64,000 nt of DNA, from contig NC_086097.1 of assembly GCF_963921235.1 (NCBI RefSeq), forward strand, positions 233,246,001 to 233,310,000. Direction: 5' to 3'. Shown here in pieces: positions 21,191 to 34,462 of the stretch. The position numbers and the translations under genes are program-made. The notes beneath the pieces were generated by a model. It saw nothing but the letters and a program-made list of their open reading frames with translations. It did not search any database and was not told the DNA's origin. Numbering within the stretch: the stretch's first letter is position 1; each line of letters opens with the position of its first letter. The DNA comes from Mobula hypostoma (lineage: Eukaryota).

Positions 21191-23607
21191 AATTCATTCA
21201 GTTAAGATAATTTTGCACTGATCTTTTTCCTTATTAATAAGCTTGCATCACTATCTTTTCTTGTTTCCTGTCCTCCTTACATGTCAGATATATTAAAACG
21301 TTTGGTTTCCAATCCTGTAGAAGGGTGTCAGCCAAATATGTTGACTCTTTATTCCCTTCCATAGATGATGTCTGACCTGCAGAGTTCCTCCAGCATTTTG
21401 TGGGTCTGTATCTACCTTTAATTTCCAGGTTTGATTAGCTTTTGTCTCCAAGAACCAAATGTTCATGCAGTACCATTTCTGAAGATGAAATGGAGTCAGT
21501 TACCATCTTTACATTTAGCAAAGAGACTGAGTGGGGTCTGCTGTCTTCACCTTCAGAAGGTTGTGTAGTTCTTGCTGATCTGACCTGTGGGTGAAGTCGA
21601 AGGACTCTTCACTCTGGAAAGACACATGCAAGGCTGAGGTATAATTTGCAAAAAGTGTTAATGATCAGTTGCTACGGCCTGGAGTTACTTGGTTACTGTG
21701 ACAACAAACCTCAAGCCTGCAATCATGGTTGTCCAACCTTGCTGACGTTTTCCTGACCAGGGCAGATCTCTGTTGCCATTGCCTCTCGGAAACTCAATTC
21801 TGGATATTTTCTTCCTTGCACATTAGTAAGAAAACATGATAAATTTATGGTGAATTAGCCTCCAAGCCAAACCCCTTCTGCCCCTCCTGCTCCACACTCC
21901 TATGGTTAATAGTCCTTGCCTTTGGTTTCTTTCCTACCCATACTCATACTGCATGGTCTGAAGGGTGGGTGAGCGGACCGCTTCAGATAAAAGCAGAAGA
22001 CAAGACATAGGAACAGAATGATGCCATTTGGCCCAGTAAGTCTTCTCCACCATTCAAACACGGCTGATTTATTTTCCCTCTCAACCACTTTCTCTTGCCT
22101 TTCTCATATTCTTCTACCTGAAACCTTTGACACCATTGGTAATGAGGAAAATAGAAGATGCCCGGACCTCTTTCAGACTACAATATGACTTCTAATTTCT
22201 GTGCCTTGAAATGGAATGTGCTCTGTTCCATCTGACTCCACAGAACACTACCATGCAATTCATGATCTCTTCAGACAACACAGCACCAAGTCTTGTCCCT
22301 GCTTTATACTGTCGATATGCTTTCATGTATGTAGTCTACACAGGGTGTTAATTACAAATTTGTGATGCAGGCTCACAAACTGCTGATCAATCAAATGGAT
22401 TGATGGTAAATGCACATGCTCTTTATTTCCATACTTCAACATCTTAAGCACACGACAGCAGCTACTGAAAGACCTAACATTATTTTAGAAAATCACTGAA
22501 AAATATTACTAATAAACAGGAGCTGAACAATTAATTTTCTCAGGCATTGCTTTACTACACTTGGGTGATTGTTTTTACTATACATTAAAAAGAACTTAAT
22601 TAATCTTTTAATCTCTAACTCTGTTAATGGATAGAATTACTTCTTTCACTTCACTGCCCATTTCCAAAGCCATGAATGTTCCTCAGGGTTTATGATCCCA
22701 AATTAGTTTAATTTACTGTCAGCCTCTCCGGTTTTTAACTCTCAGAATTAAATGGCTTGGAAGACTAATTATGAAGTTTGAGGATATTAATTAAGCATCA
22801 ATGATAGAAGAGAAGGTGCCCAGTGTATGTGTGTGCATTAAATCCTAGATTACTGAGGAAATGGACACAAATATGCCTGCATTGAAGTGTCTCAGTGCTC
22901 ACATTCAAATGTCCACCCATTAATCAACATGGGGAAAAAAGAACAACTCCTGTAATATTGACTTGTGATCCATTAACACGTCTATTTGGAAACGGTATAG
23001 TATTGACCTCTGTAAGATAGATTGGACAGTATGCTACTATGTGGTTTTTAAAAATTCAGGTGTGACTTCTCAGTTTTAGGCTGTCATCAGGAGTTAGTGC
23101 TAGGATCCGGAATTTATAATTAGCACTCAAGGCAACAGTTTTGGACTTCTTGAATATTTAGTTTGAAGAACATTTGCTGCCGAAAACAAAAAAAACTGTC
23201 TGATAATGTAAAAATAGAGGTTTCAAGAGTTGGTGTTGAGGTAGTGCTGAAACTGGTCAATTCATAGATGGAAATGGATATGTTCTGCAGATGCTCTCAC
23301 CAAGGAAAAGCTCAAAATTGATGCCAGAATGTGAGGCGACACTTGTGGACTGCCCCCAGCAAATCATTAGGTTTGTTGGTTGTTAACACAAACAATGCAT
23401 TTCTCTGAATATTTTGACGTAGTCGTGAAAAAAATAAACCTGAATCTAAATCTAAATAATCTAAATCTAAACCAACAATAAGCGTTAGCTTTCTTGAATC
23501 TTTGTCAGAAAGAATTATTGGCCATAGAGTAAGAGAACACTACAGCACAGAAAGAGACCATTCATCCATTAATCCATGCCAAATTGTTTAGCTGCCTCAT
23601 CCCAACG

Positions 23608-24120
23608 ATCTGTCATCATCATCTGGTGCCATGCCCAATTTGAGCTTTGACTGCCATGGCCCATGCACTCCTGTTTCGAGTCAAGTGGATCAAATCATTG
23701 GTATTAATTTCCAGTTTTCTAGCTGCTGTCTCCATCATCATTTGTCTTTGCCTTCCTTTTGCTTTCTTCCCTTCAATCTTTCCCATAATTACTGTGCATT
23801 CTAACTCCTCTTTCCTAATCACATGTCCAATGAAGTCACGTTGCCTTTTCATGATCTCATACACTATTTTTTTTTGTGCTTGCTCTGTTCATGACATCCT
23901 TGTTAGATATTCGTTTCGTCCATGATGTTCTTTGCATCCTCCTCAAAAACCACATCTCTGCTGCTTCAATTCTTTTCCTCATGTTACAATTGTTCAACAT
24001 TCTGGTCCATATAACATAACTGGATAAAGGTAACATTTCACTACTCTGAGGCAGGTTGTCATGCCTAGTTTAGTGTTGGTAAGTATACTCTTCATTCTCA
24101 TAAAGGTGTCTTTTGCCACC
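23608..24120 (-). mobile_element. RTE-clade LINE 3' fragment
   Basis: YPVMLYGPEC and FIGHVIRKEELECTVIMGKIEGKKAKGRQR motifs, (TGA)n tail. Confidence 0.8.
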
Positions 24121-26500
24121 TGTACCTGGATCATAGTCCTCCAACCCCTCTCATTCATGTACCTATCCAAATTTCCCTTAAATGTAGAAATTGAACCCGC
24201 ATCCACTTGCAACTCATTCAACAGTCAAACCACCTTCTGAGTGGAGTGAAGATGATCCCCTTAAACATCTCCTTCTCGCTTATCCCATGACTTCTAGTTC
24301 TAGTCTCACTAAACCTCAGGTGAAAAAAGCCTGCTTGCATTTACCCTAGCTATACTCTTCATAATCTTGAGCACCTCTCTCAAATCTCTCATCATTCTCC
24401 TACGCTCTAGGGAATAAAGTTCTAACCTATTCAACCTTTCCCTACAACTCAGATCTTGAAGTTCTGGTAACATCCTTGTAAATATTCTCTGAACACTTTC
24501 AGTCTTATTGATATATTTCCTGTAGGTTGGTGGCCAAAACTGCACACAATACACTGAATTAAGGTTCACCAATATCTTATACAAGTTCAATATAACATCC
24601 CAATTCCTGTACTCAGTACTTTGATTTATAAAGACCAATGTGCCAAAAGCTTTCTTTATGATCCTATCTCCCTGTGACACCACCTTCAGGGATTTATAGA
24701 TCTGTATTCCCAGATCCCTTTGGTCTATTACACTCTTCAGTGCCCTACCACTCACTGTATAAGTCCTACCCTGGTTTGTCCTCCCAAAATACAACACTTC
24801 ACACTTGCCTGCATTAAATTCCATCTGCCATTTTCAGCGTATTTTTTCCAGATGGTCCATATCCAAGACTCCTCCTCTCTAATCCGTATGCTGTCTATGA
24901 CCTCACTGCTGTTTTGTCTCACTTCTACAGCCTGTTTCCATCTCCCAAGTAAACACAGATTCAAAAGATCCATTAAGATCTCTTCCCTCTCTTTTGGCTC
25001 CATGCATGCACGTCCATTAGAATCTCAAGAGGATCAATTTTGGCCATTGCTATACTTTGGTCTTAATGTATCTGTAGAAGCCATTGGGATTCTCCTTCAC
25101 CTTGTCTGCCAGAGCAACTTCCTGCCTTCTTTAGTCCTCTTCATTTCCTTCTACATGTTCTGATGGGTTTCTAATACTCCTCAAGTTCCTCATTTGCTCC
25201 TTCCTGCCTATACCTGCTATGCACCTTCTTCTTCTTCTTAACCAGGGCCTCGATATCTCTGAGAAACCAAAGCTCCCTAAACTTGTTATCCTTGCTTTTA
25301 TTCTGACAGGAACATGCATACTCTATACTCTCAAAACTTCACTTTTGAAAGCCTCCCACTTATCAAGTATACCTTTGTCAGAAAACAACCTGGCCTGTTC
25401 CATACTTGCCAGATCCTTTCTGGTATCATTAAAATTGGCCTTTGCCCATTTTACAATATGGACTAGAGCTATCCTTCATAATTATTTTGAAGCTAATAGC
25501 ATTATGATCATGAGATGCAAGGTGCGTTTCCCTGCATATACTTTTGTCACCTGCCCTGTCTCATTCCCTAAAAGGAAATCTAGTATCACACTGTCTTTAG
25601 TTGGAACTTCTATATATTGATTAAGGAAACATTCCCGAACTCATTTGACAAACTCTTTTCCATCCAGCCATTTTACAATATGGGATTCCCAGTCAAAATG
25701 TGGAAAGTTAAAATCACTTATTGTCACAACTTTGTTTCTTTCAACTGTCCGTGATCTCTCTACAAATTTGCTCCTCTAAGTCCTTCTGACTATTGGGTGA
25801 TCTATAATATTACGTGGTCATCCCTTTCCTATTCCTTATTTCTACCCACAGAGCCTCAGTAGATGAGCTCTCCTGTTTGTCCTGTTTAAACAGATTCCTT
25901 AACTGGTAATGCCACCACTCCCTCTATAATCCCTCCCACTTTATCATATCAAAAACAAAGGAATACTGGAACCTTCAGTTGCTAGTCCTGCCCCTCTAGG
26001 AACCATGTGAACTAATGTCATAATTCGAAGTGCTGAACCGTGCCTTAAGTGTGTCTGTTTTTCTTATAATACTCCTTCCTTTAAAGTATTCATAATTCAG
26101 AACCAGCATGCTCAACCTATCGATTATAGTCTTTTTATGTAGGCTTAACAACATCTTTCCTTACAACTACTCCACTATCCATTCTGGTGTTCTATTTCCT
26201 ATACCCCTGTAACTCTAGCTTAAACTCACCCATAGAGCACTAGGAAACCTTCTCACAAGGGTGTTAGCCCCCCCTCTAGTTCAGGTGAAAACTGTCCCAT
26301 CTGTACAGGTCCCACCTTCACTGAAAGAGAGCCCAATAATGCAAAATTCTGAAGCCCTCCATCTCCTTTACTGGATCCTAGACTGTACAGTGTGATCCTC
26401 CTGTTTCTGGCTTTACTAGCACCATGGCATAGGTAGCAATCCTGTGATCACAACCCTGGAAGTCCCTTTCTTCAACTTAGCACTTAAATTCCTACTTCTG
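24120..26500 (-). mobile_element. Decayed, internally deleted CR1 LINE
   Basis: RT C-terminal ORF 24309-24824, endonuclease remnants, ORF1 esterase remnant (WDLYRWDSFHLN) at ~26280-26470. Confidence 0.8.
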
Positions 26501-26989
26501 TCATTGTTACTGGATTAACTAGCTGGATAGGATTTGCCTTGCTTTTTTGTGAACGGGTCAAGCTAGGCCCATTTCAACATACTTATTAATGCTAAACTAT
26601 ACTGGGACTAATTGGTTAGAGATCCAACTGTGTTCTGAGGCACAGATCTGGAAGCAATACAACGGAGATGTGTCTGTGGTGCAGCAAATGAATTTCTCAC
26701 ACATCTGTTCTCTGATCAAAAAGAAACTGATTTACTTGATCAAATATTGGAGGGAGAGGGGCCTAATTACCGTACTGGTACACTAAACCCAACTGCACAT
26801 AGCATGGGTTCTTATATGCATTTTGGATCCAGGGTTCAGTTATCCTATCAACATATGGAGGTGCATTTCTTAAATCATCTCTTAACTAATCCAAATTGAT
26901 ACATTATTTCACACATGACCAATATGTACATTGAAGGCCCCTGTTTACAGCTCGTATCCAACCACAGCAATGACATCCCACTGTGTTAG

Positions 26990-28085
26990 TCAATCAATGC
27001 CACAAATGGGGTGTGGTGGACACTGAGGAAGCCTGCAGCAGGATCTTGACCAAAATGGAAGATAGGCTGAAAAAATGGTAAATGGAAGTGTGAGGTATGC
27101 ACTTTGCGAGGACAAACCAAAGTAAGTCTTACACATTGAATAACAGAACACTTATGTGCACAGTAGAACAAAGAGACCTGGGAATACAGATCCTTAATTC
27201 CTTGAAAATGACATCACTGATATAGAGTATTGAAGCAAGCTTTTAGTACATTGACCTGTATAAATCAGAGCCGTGAGTACAGGATTTGGGAAGCTATACT
27301 GAAGTTGTACAAGACATTTTGGATGTGGACTTGGACTATAGACTTCTTTTCTGTCTTCTAGTTTTTTGAATTCTGTGTTTTTCGCCCACTTCCTCTCATT
27401 TTTTTTTGTGTGCGGGGGTGGGGGCTGATGTGCCTGTTCCATTTTTGTCCATTTTTTGTGTAGGGAGGGGAGATTTGTAGGTTGATAATCCTGCTGCCAT
27501 TCTTTTTTCTTTCTTGGCTTTGTGGCTATCCAGAGAAGAAGAATTTCGGAGTCGTACGCTTTGATTATAAATGAACCTTTGAACATTGGTGAGGCCGAAT
27601 TTAGTGTATTGTGTTCAGTTATGGTTACCTACCTACAGGAAAAGATATCAATAAGCTTGAAAGAGTGAAATGTGTTGCTGGATCTGAGTTATATGGAAAA
27701 GTGTAAGCTGGTAGGATTTTATTCCCTGGACCACAGGAGAATGAGAGGAAATTTTGTAGCGATATACAAAATTATAAAGCGTTTAGATAGAGTAAATACA
27801 AGCAGGCTTTTCCCCTTGAAGTTGGGTAAGACTGGAACTAGAGGTCATAGGTTTAAGGTGAAAGGTGAAATGTTGAGGTGGAGACTTCTTCACTCAGAGA
27901 TATGAGTGAGGAACAAACTGCCAATGGAAATGGTTCAATTGTAACATGTAAGATAAGTTTGGATAGGTGCATGGATGAGAGGGATTTGGAGGGATATAGT
28001 CTTGGTGCAGGTAGATAATCAAATCAGTATGGACTGGATATGCTGAAGAACCTGTTTCTATTCTGAGGTACTCTGTGACTCTAAT
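26990..28085 (+). mobile_element. Decayed CR1 3' fragment with nested short repeat (~27320-27585)
   Basis: CR1 RT C-terminal similarity (ORF 27672-27905) and a CR1-type 3' terminus. Confidence 0.7.
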
Positions 28086-28649
28086 TCCTGTGGGGTTATT
28101 GTGCACACCAGGACTTCCACCTTCCCTACATTCGCACAGAAATTAATTGTCTTGGGAGCATACTTGTGGTTCCTTTATTTTTCTATATGAGCAGACAATC
28201 TCTTTTCCCTATTCTTTCTGGCGTCTTTATCTTGTAAATAGGTGCACTATCCTTGCTTCATTAGCTACCTCATTGCCTGCTTAATTTGAGAGAATAGGTC
28301 AATGAAATATTTTTATACATCCATCTGCACTGTGCTGATAGATACCTCCATGTACTGAAAACACTGCTATAGTCCAGTGACCTCCAGTGAAGAGAGGCTA
28401 TCTTTTAAATAACATTCCAGTAGGCTCTTTGCCCTTTATTTATATGACTGACCTAGGTTGCTCAGTTACAGAAACTAAACTTGGTGGGGAAAAAGCATGT
28501 TTTGTTTTGCTTTGACACACACAGAGTGAACAAGTTCTGTTGAAGACTGTTTTTTGTGATGATGCAGATGGAGATCTCAGGAGGACGCCAAGATGAATTA
28601 TCCCTTTCGCACTTCTGAATGAATGTGGTTGCAAACGTGTTAACCTTAC

Positions 28650-29015
28650 ATAGTCATAGTCATAGTCATAGTCCTAGTCATACTTTATTGATCTTGGGGG
28701 AAATTGGTTTTCATTACAGTTGCACCATAAATAATAAATAGTAATAGAACCATAAATAGTTAAATAGTAATATGTAAATTATACCAGTAAATTATGAAAT
28801 AAGTCCAGGACCAGCCTATTGGCACAGGGTGTCTGACACTCCAAGGGAGGAGTTGTAAAGTTTGATGGCCACAGGCAGGAATGACTTCCTATGACGCTCT
28901 GTGTTGCATCTCGGTGGAATGAGTCTCTGGCTGAATGTACTCCTGTGCCCACCTAGTACATTACATAGTGGATGGGAGACATTGACCAAGATGGCATGCA
29001 ACTTAGACAGCACCA
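28650..29015 (-). mobile_element. Rex1/Babar-like LINE 3' fragment, (TATGAC)n tail
   Basis: LSKLHAILVNVSHPL...RKSFLPVAIKLYN; same family as 47393-47838. Confidence 0.8.
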
Positions 29016-29384
29016 TTTGAATCATAGTTTGGGCCACACCATTGTTGAGAATGGGATGTTCTTGGAACCCTAATTGGGTATTTAATGGTCCAATGACTGT
29101 GGAAGGACTGCAGAGTTTTGTTCTCATCAGTTACTCATGAAATTGCTCAGCTCCATAATTTCATGCTGCTTCTACTGTTTAGCATGCATGTAACCACGAG
29201 CAACAGCTTCACTAGGCAAAGACCTCATCATTTTATCATTATGCCTGGTCTTCAATCTTTCTTAATCCAAAGTTTATCCCTTGACTTGACAGTAATGGCG
29301 TACTGATGGATATGCTGGGTCATAAGATTACACAATGAACTGTGTACATTATATTCTATACTCCTGCTGCTGCTGATACTCTAT

Positions 29385-29715
29385 GGCACATAAGAAGTAT
29401 ACAAAATTATGGAAGGCATAAAGCTGGCTTTATCAACTAAGTCTGGGTGAGATTAGAACTAGGGGTCATGAGCTAAGGGTGAAAGGTGAAATGTTCAAGG
29501 GAAACATGAGGGGATACTTTCTTCACTCAGAGGCTGGTGAGAGAGTGGAAAGAGCTGCCAGCAGAAGTGCTGGATGTGGGTCTGATTTTAATGTTTAAGA
29601 GAGGTTTGAATAAGTGCATGGATGAGAAGGTGAAAAGGTGCAGGTCGATGGGTCTAGGCAGAATTAGTTCGGCATAGACCAGATGCGCCAAAGGGCCTGT
29701 TTCTGATCTGTTCAG
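29385..29715 (+). mobile_element. CR1 3' terminal fragment
   Basis: ACTAGGGGTCATGAGCTAAGGGTGAAAGG and TTCACTCAGAGG CR1 3' motifs. Confidence 0.65.
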
Positions 29716-31757
29716 TGTCTATCACATGTACCTGAATGGTGCCATCACGTAATATGATGGAAGATACCCTCAACGTTAAATCAGAACCTTTTATTCAAGC
29801 GAATCATGTGACTGTCACTTAGGCCAATGTTGTCCTGGACCAACGAATTGGAGAAGATTCAGTAAATAGAATAATGGGCATATGGTCAAGTAAGCTTAGC
29901 TCCTGTGTTGGATCACTCAATCGCTGCCACAACACCGTCAGGTAGCTAAGTCCTTCGGTCCTTTCCACAGCCAATACAATTGATAGAGATGCTAACAAAC
30001 CATTCTTGGTGATGAACGTTGAAATCTACAATGAACATTTTGTTCCTTTCAGTGATTATCCCCGAGGTGTTGTTTTGCATCTTTTTGGTTGAGGGAAGAC
30101 AGTAGATGGTTATCAGTTGAAGGTTTCTTTCTCACGCTCGACTTGATGTTATGAGACTTCATGGGCTTTGCCCTCAGTGCTGAGTGCTCTCTCTTGCTTC
30201 TATACTACTGTGCTGATAGGGCAGAATGTAGAGGAAGGTTGCGATGGAGGAATCTGTGATCTTGCCACTATGCTATGATTGTGTGAGTGTGACTATTCTG
30301 TGAATGCAAGCTATTACTTGATTTATATTTGCGATGCTTCTAGTAAGTTAGGTAGCAGTTCTCCGATGTTTGTGAAGAGGACTTTAACGTCACCTGTGTT
30401 GAGAGTGACTTTGTCGTGCCCCTGTTCTGTGACTAGTGGACTGTTCAACTTTTAGCATAGTGGTTCGAATAATACTGTTGCAACGCCCTGGGTTCAATTC
30501 TGAAGCAAACTAAAAACATAAGGGATTCTGCAGCTGCTGGGGATCCAAAGCAACACACACAAAATGCTGGAGGTACTCAGCAGATAACATAGCATCTATG
30601 GAGAGGAATAAAGAGTCAACATTTCAGGCTGAGACGTTTCAACAGGCCACCGTTGCTGTCAGTAAGGAGTGCATATGTTCTCCCTATTAACAGTTGGGCT
30701 TCATCTTGTTGCTCTGGTTTCTTCCCATATTCCAAAAATGTACAGGTTAGTAAATTAATTAGCCACATGATCTAATTGGGTGGTGTGGGCTCATTGGGGC
30801 GGAGGGGCCTCCAACTGTGCTGTATCTCTAAATCAATCGATCAATCAATAAATACATTCTTCTTCTGCTTAAGCGTAACTATTTCAGAATGGACAATATG
30901 GAGTAGGTCCAGTCACCTACAGTTAGACATCTTTCTCCTAGAGGAGGGGCTTGTAACCAAGTGCATTTTTATAATAGCACACTAGTTTTTTGTGTCATTG
31001 TTATTTTGACTAATATTTTCGTCCCTCCAATCTCCAGATTATTTACTGAACTTAAACTTCACAACCACACTTTGAACTTGGATTACTAGTGCGGCTACTA
31101 AAAGACCAACACACTCTTATGAGGTTGGAGTCTATGTTTTCCTTTGGGAGGAGGATGATAAAATGTTGGACAATGAAATACTGGAAATATGAGCTTCAGG
31201 AACCTCACCTGAGAATCTGCATGATCATTACCACAGTATGGTAGCAAATAGTACTTACATCCTCTGAAATTAGAGAGTGTACTCAGCATTTTCCAGTGTT
31301 TGCTTATCATTTCTATATTCAGTTCTGTCCTTGTCCCAAGTTCTCAAACAAAGATGAAAATGATCTTGCTGCACACACAAAATGCTGGAAGAACTCAGCA
31401 GGCCAGGCAGCATCTATGGGAAAGAGTAAACAGTCGATGTTTTGGGCTGAGACCCTTCAATGATCTTGCTGTTTTGGCACCACCGTTAAAATTTAATGAA
31501 GGGTCACTCAATAGCCTATATCTATGCATAAACATCAGCTGAATGCTAACATTCACAGCAGCAGTGAGGGTGGGTAGAACTCTAGATGAGAATCACTGAT
31601 GTCCAGACTCCCCCACAATTTGTGGAGTTTCAACTCCATTGTGTGTTTTATTGGCACTGGTAGCTTTCCTACCAAAAGGTCATCCCAATGAGAGTTTTAG
31701 CTACCCAAGTCAATGCTTCTTCCTGCTGTGAGCAACATTGAGATTAAGTGTAAATAT

Positions 31758-32792
31758 TGTTACGTACCCCGTAACTGGGTTGCCAAACCAGCAGAAATGG
31801 ATCACTCAGTTGGAGTCTGGGTTACTAGAACTGAGAAAGTTTTATTAAAGAAACAAGCAACACAGTAATCGAAAGGGTAATAAATGCAACAGTTCAGCAA
31901 TGATAAACACATGTGCACAGAATTAAGATAACAGCATCAATCAAGCTCTATCGTTGTCTAGGGGTAAATGACCAATTTCAAAGTGACACAGAAGTCCAGT
32001 TCGATTTAGTTCAGTTCGCAGTAATCGTTGCCATGGTGATGGACAATGTGGGGGGAGGGAGAGAGAGAATGAGAATGACTGATCATTCAGACACGGCTTC
32101 ACTCACAGACCGGCGATATTGCTCACAGGCAGCTTTCGGGCGGGTCCTTTGTGATGTCACCTGGGGTCACCGACTGTGACCCCTCCTCCAGATGCGGTCG
32201 ATCCTCTGCAGTGAACCCGGCACCCAAGCGAGGGTGGACACACACCGGGTTCCCGCCAATCGTACCTTTCTGTGCGTTTAAGGTCCGGTACTTCCCACCG
32301 ACTCGTGAGAGGCGCACCGCTTCCAGGGTCTCGTTACCTCGGGTGGCGTGTGTGTCTGCCTTAGCGAACCTGTCCCTTTTTATCCCCCTGCTGGGGTATC
32401 GCCTGTCCATCACTTCAAACAGTTCAGGGTTCAAAGGGGGAGCCGCTCCAGACAGCTCTCTCTCCCGTCCCTTCATTATACATCTCCAGATCGCCTGTCC
32501 ATCACTTCAAACAGTTCAGGGTTCAAAGGGGGAGCCGCTCTAGACAGCTCTCTCTCCCGTCCCTTCATTACACATCTCCAGATTGCCTGTCCATCACTTC
32601 AAACAGTTCAGGGTTCAAAGGGGGAGCCGCTCTAGACAGCTCTCTCTCCCGTCCCTTCATTACACATCTCCAGATGCTGCTTCATTGTTCCTTATCTCTC
32701 CTTCCCCTGAGGACAGGTGGCAGACCACTGCTGATGCCACTGATGCTAGCCCAGGCCAGCAAACATCTTAATTTATGTGTATTCTCGTCACA
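31758..32792 (-). repeat. 3' LTR (1035 bp) with 3 x 92-bp tandem repeat
   Basis: TGTTACG...CGTCACA ends; repeat units start at 32398, 32490 and 32582. Confidence 0.92.
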
Positions 32793-32804
32793 CTTCCCCC
32801 CTTT
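32793..32804 (-). other. Polypurine tract
   Basis: AAAGGGGGGAAG on the minus strand, abutting the 3' LTR. Confidence 0.85.
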
Positions 32805-32968
32805 AAGGATTTTTACCGGGAGGTAAAAATTACAAATATGAATACATTATTTGATACACACACAAATATACATCTTTATCAGCTATTTGGCTAACACAGC
32901 GAGTTTGAAGTTGTCAACATCTTGACAGACAGTCATCACATTTTTTTTTGTTCCTTTTATATGTGTTA

Positions 32969-34402
32969 TTAATAATCCCTTAGACCAGGCTCCAACTCAG
33001 CAAACTTCATAGTGGCCAAAAACACTGATGAATTGCGATCAATGTAACCTCTCATTTGGTTTTGTCCCGGACCACAATAACAAGGGTCGTCCCATTCCGA
33101 CTCAGTTTTCTCTCGCAAGGGCTTAGTAGGAGGGGGAGGGGTAGTGACCGCAGAGTTATTGCAAAACTTCCTACAGTACCCCACCATCTCCAAGAGCCTT
33201 CTGAGGGCCCTCTTGTCTGTCGGGGTTGGGAGGTCAGCGATAGCCTGCACTGTAGCTTGCATCGCTGCCAGCTGCCCCTGTGTCACCACAATTCCCAGGT
33301 AAGTGGCCCTCGTGTGGCCGAATTCATTTTTTTCAAGGTTCACTATCAAGCTGGCTTCAGACAGCCGTATTAAATTGCCAATACACACGTCTGTGTTCAT
33401 CAGCCCTTTAGTCACTGAATTACTCATTATATATGAATGTTGTTTGCTCGGCTGACCTATTGTAACAGACATTACCCAACGTCCCAGCTCTTTGCATTGC
33501 CTCGGGACAATCAAACACACGGGTGCGAGTCGTTTAATTACTTCTAAAGAGCCGCTTTGTTCGGGGATTAAGGGAGAGACCTTATCAGTAGACCTGGCCA
33601 AAACAATAGCCTTCTCCCATCTAATCGATCCCATACTAATCTTTTCAAAATCGTTTTTTTCTCTTATCAGGGGGCCCCTAGCTTCATTGATTTCCACGCT
33701 AACACCGACTAGGTTTGTTAGCATATCAAAAGCCGGTGACCGTCTCAGTTCGCGTCGGTCATGATCAATAACATTCTTCCCCCTGGGCAGCCGGTAAACC
33801 TCTTTCATGATTCCACCAACTGTTTCCTCCAGCACCGCAAAATGTCCACCGGGGGGTACCTCGTGGGCCATGTTAAAAACCTCATCCCCATAACTCATTT
33901 GCACCACCCCCCACTCCTCATCTGCGGGCACGGTACTTGGTCTCCCTTTTTTCCTTAGCACTTCCTCCTCCACACAATAGCCTACTAGTTCCCTTGTTAA
34001 AGCGGTGTCAGAGAGAGCTGTCTCTGCCAAAACCATCAGCCCCTCGTCTCGCTCCCGCGTCTGCACAAATTCTTTCCTGGCTACTGCTACGTCTGTCCCA
34101 GCTCCCTCACTACCTTTTGTCTCACTACACTCCTTCTTTTCATTTTCTACCCCCTTCTTGTACAAGGTTGGCAGAAACGTGTCAGCTAAATTTACGACCG
34201 CAGCCCCATGATGAACCTGTGAGTCCATGGGCAGGGCCTCAATGCTGGCAGGCTGACCTGTCAATCTCATGACTGGGAACACGATTCCCCCGGCGATGTC
34301 ATTACCGAGCAAGACTTCCACGCCTTTCATCGGTAACTCGGACCTCACCCCGATCGTGACTAGTCCAGAGACCAGGTTGCTTTGTAAGTGTATCTGGTGC
34401 AA
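32969..34402 (-). pseudogene. Deleted pol ORF (protease C-terminus, integrase N-terminal remnant, RT remnant)
   Basis: GVEVLLGNDIAG, then AHEVPPGGHF, then LSEASLIVNLEKNEFGHTRATYLGIVV and LEMVGYCRKFC. No DDE core, no YxDD. Confidence 0.75.
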
Positions 34403-34462
34403 AGGGACTGACTCTGTCCCTTCCCCAACACCTTTGACCTTGACTTCCCCAGTCCGGGTCTC

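Noticed and set aside
29950..30420. Possible very old LINE endonuclease remnant (also ~39730-40270)
   Set aside because: Too decayed to assign or delimit by eye.
32398..32673. Regular repeats as a possible CRISPR-like array
   Set aside because: Head-to-tail 92-bp units with no spacers, inside a eukaryotic LTR.
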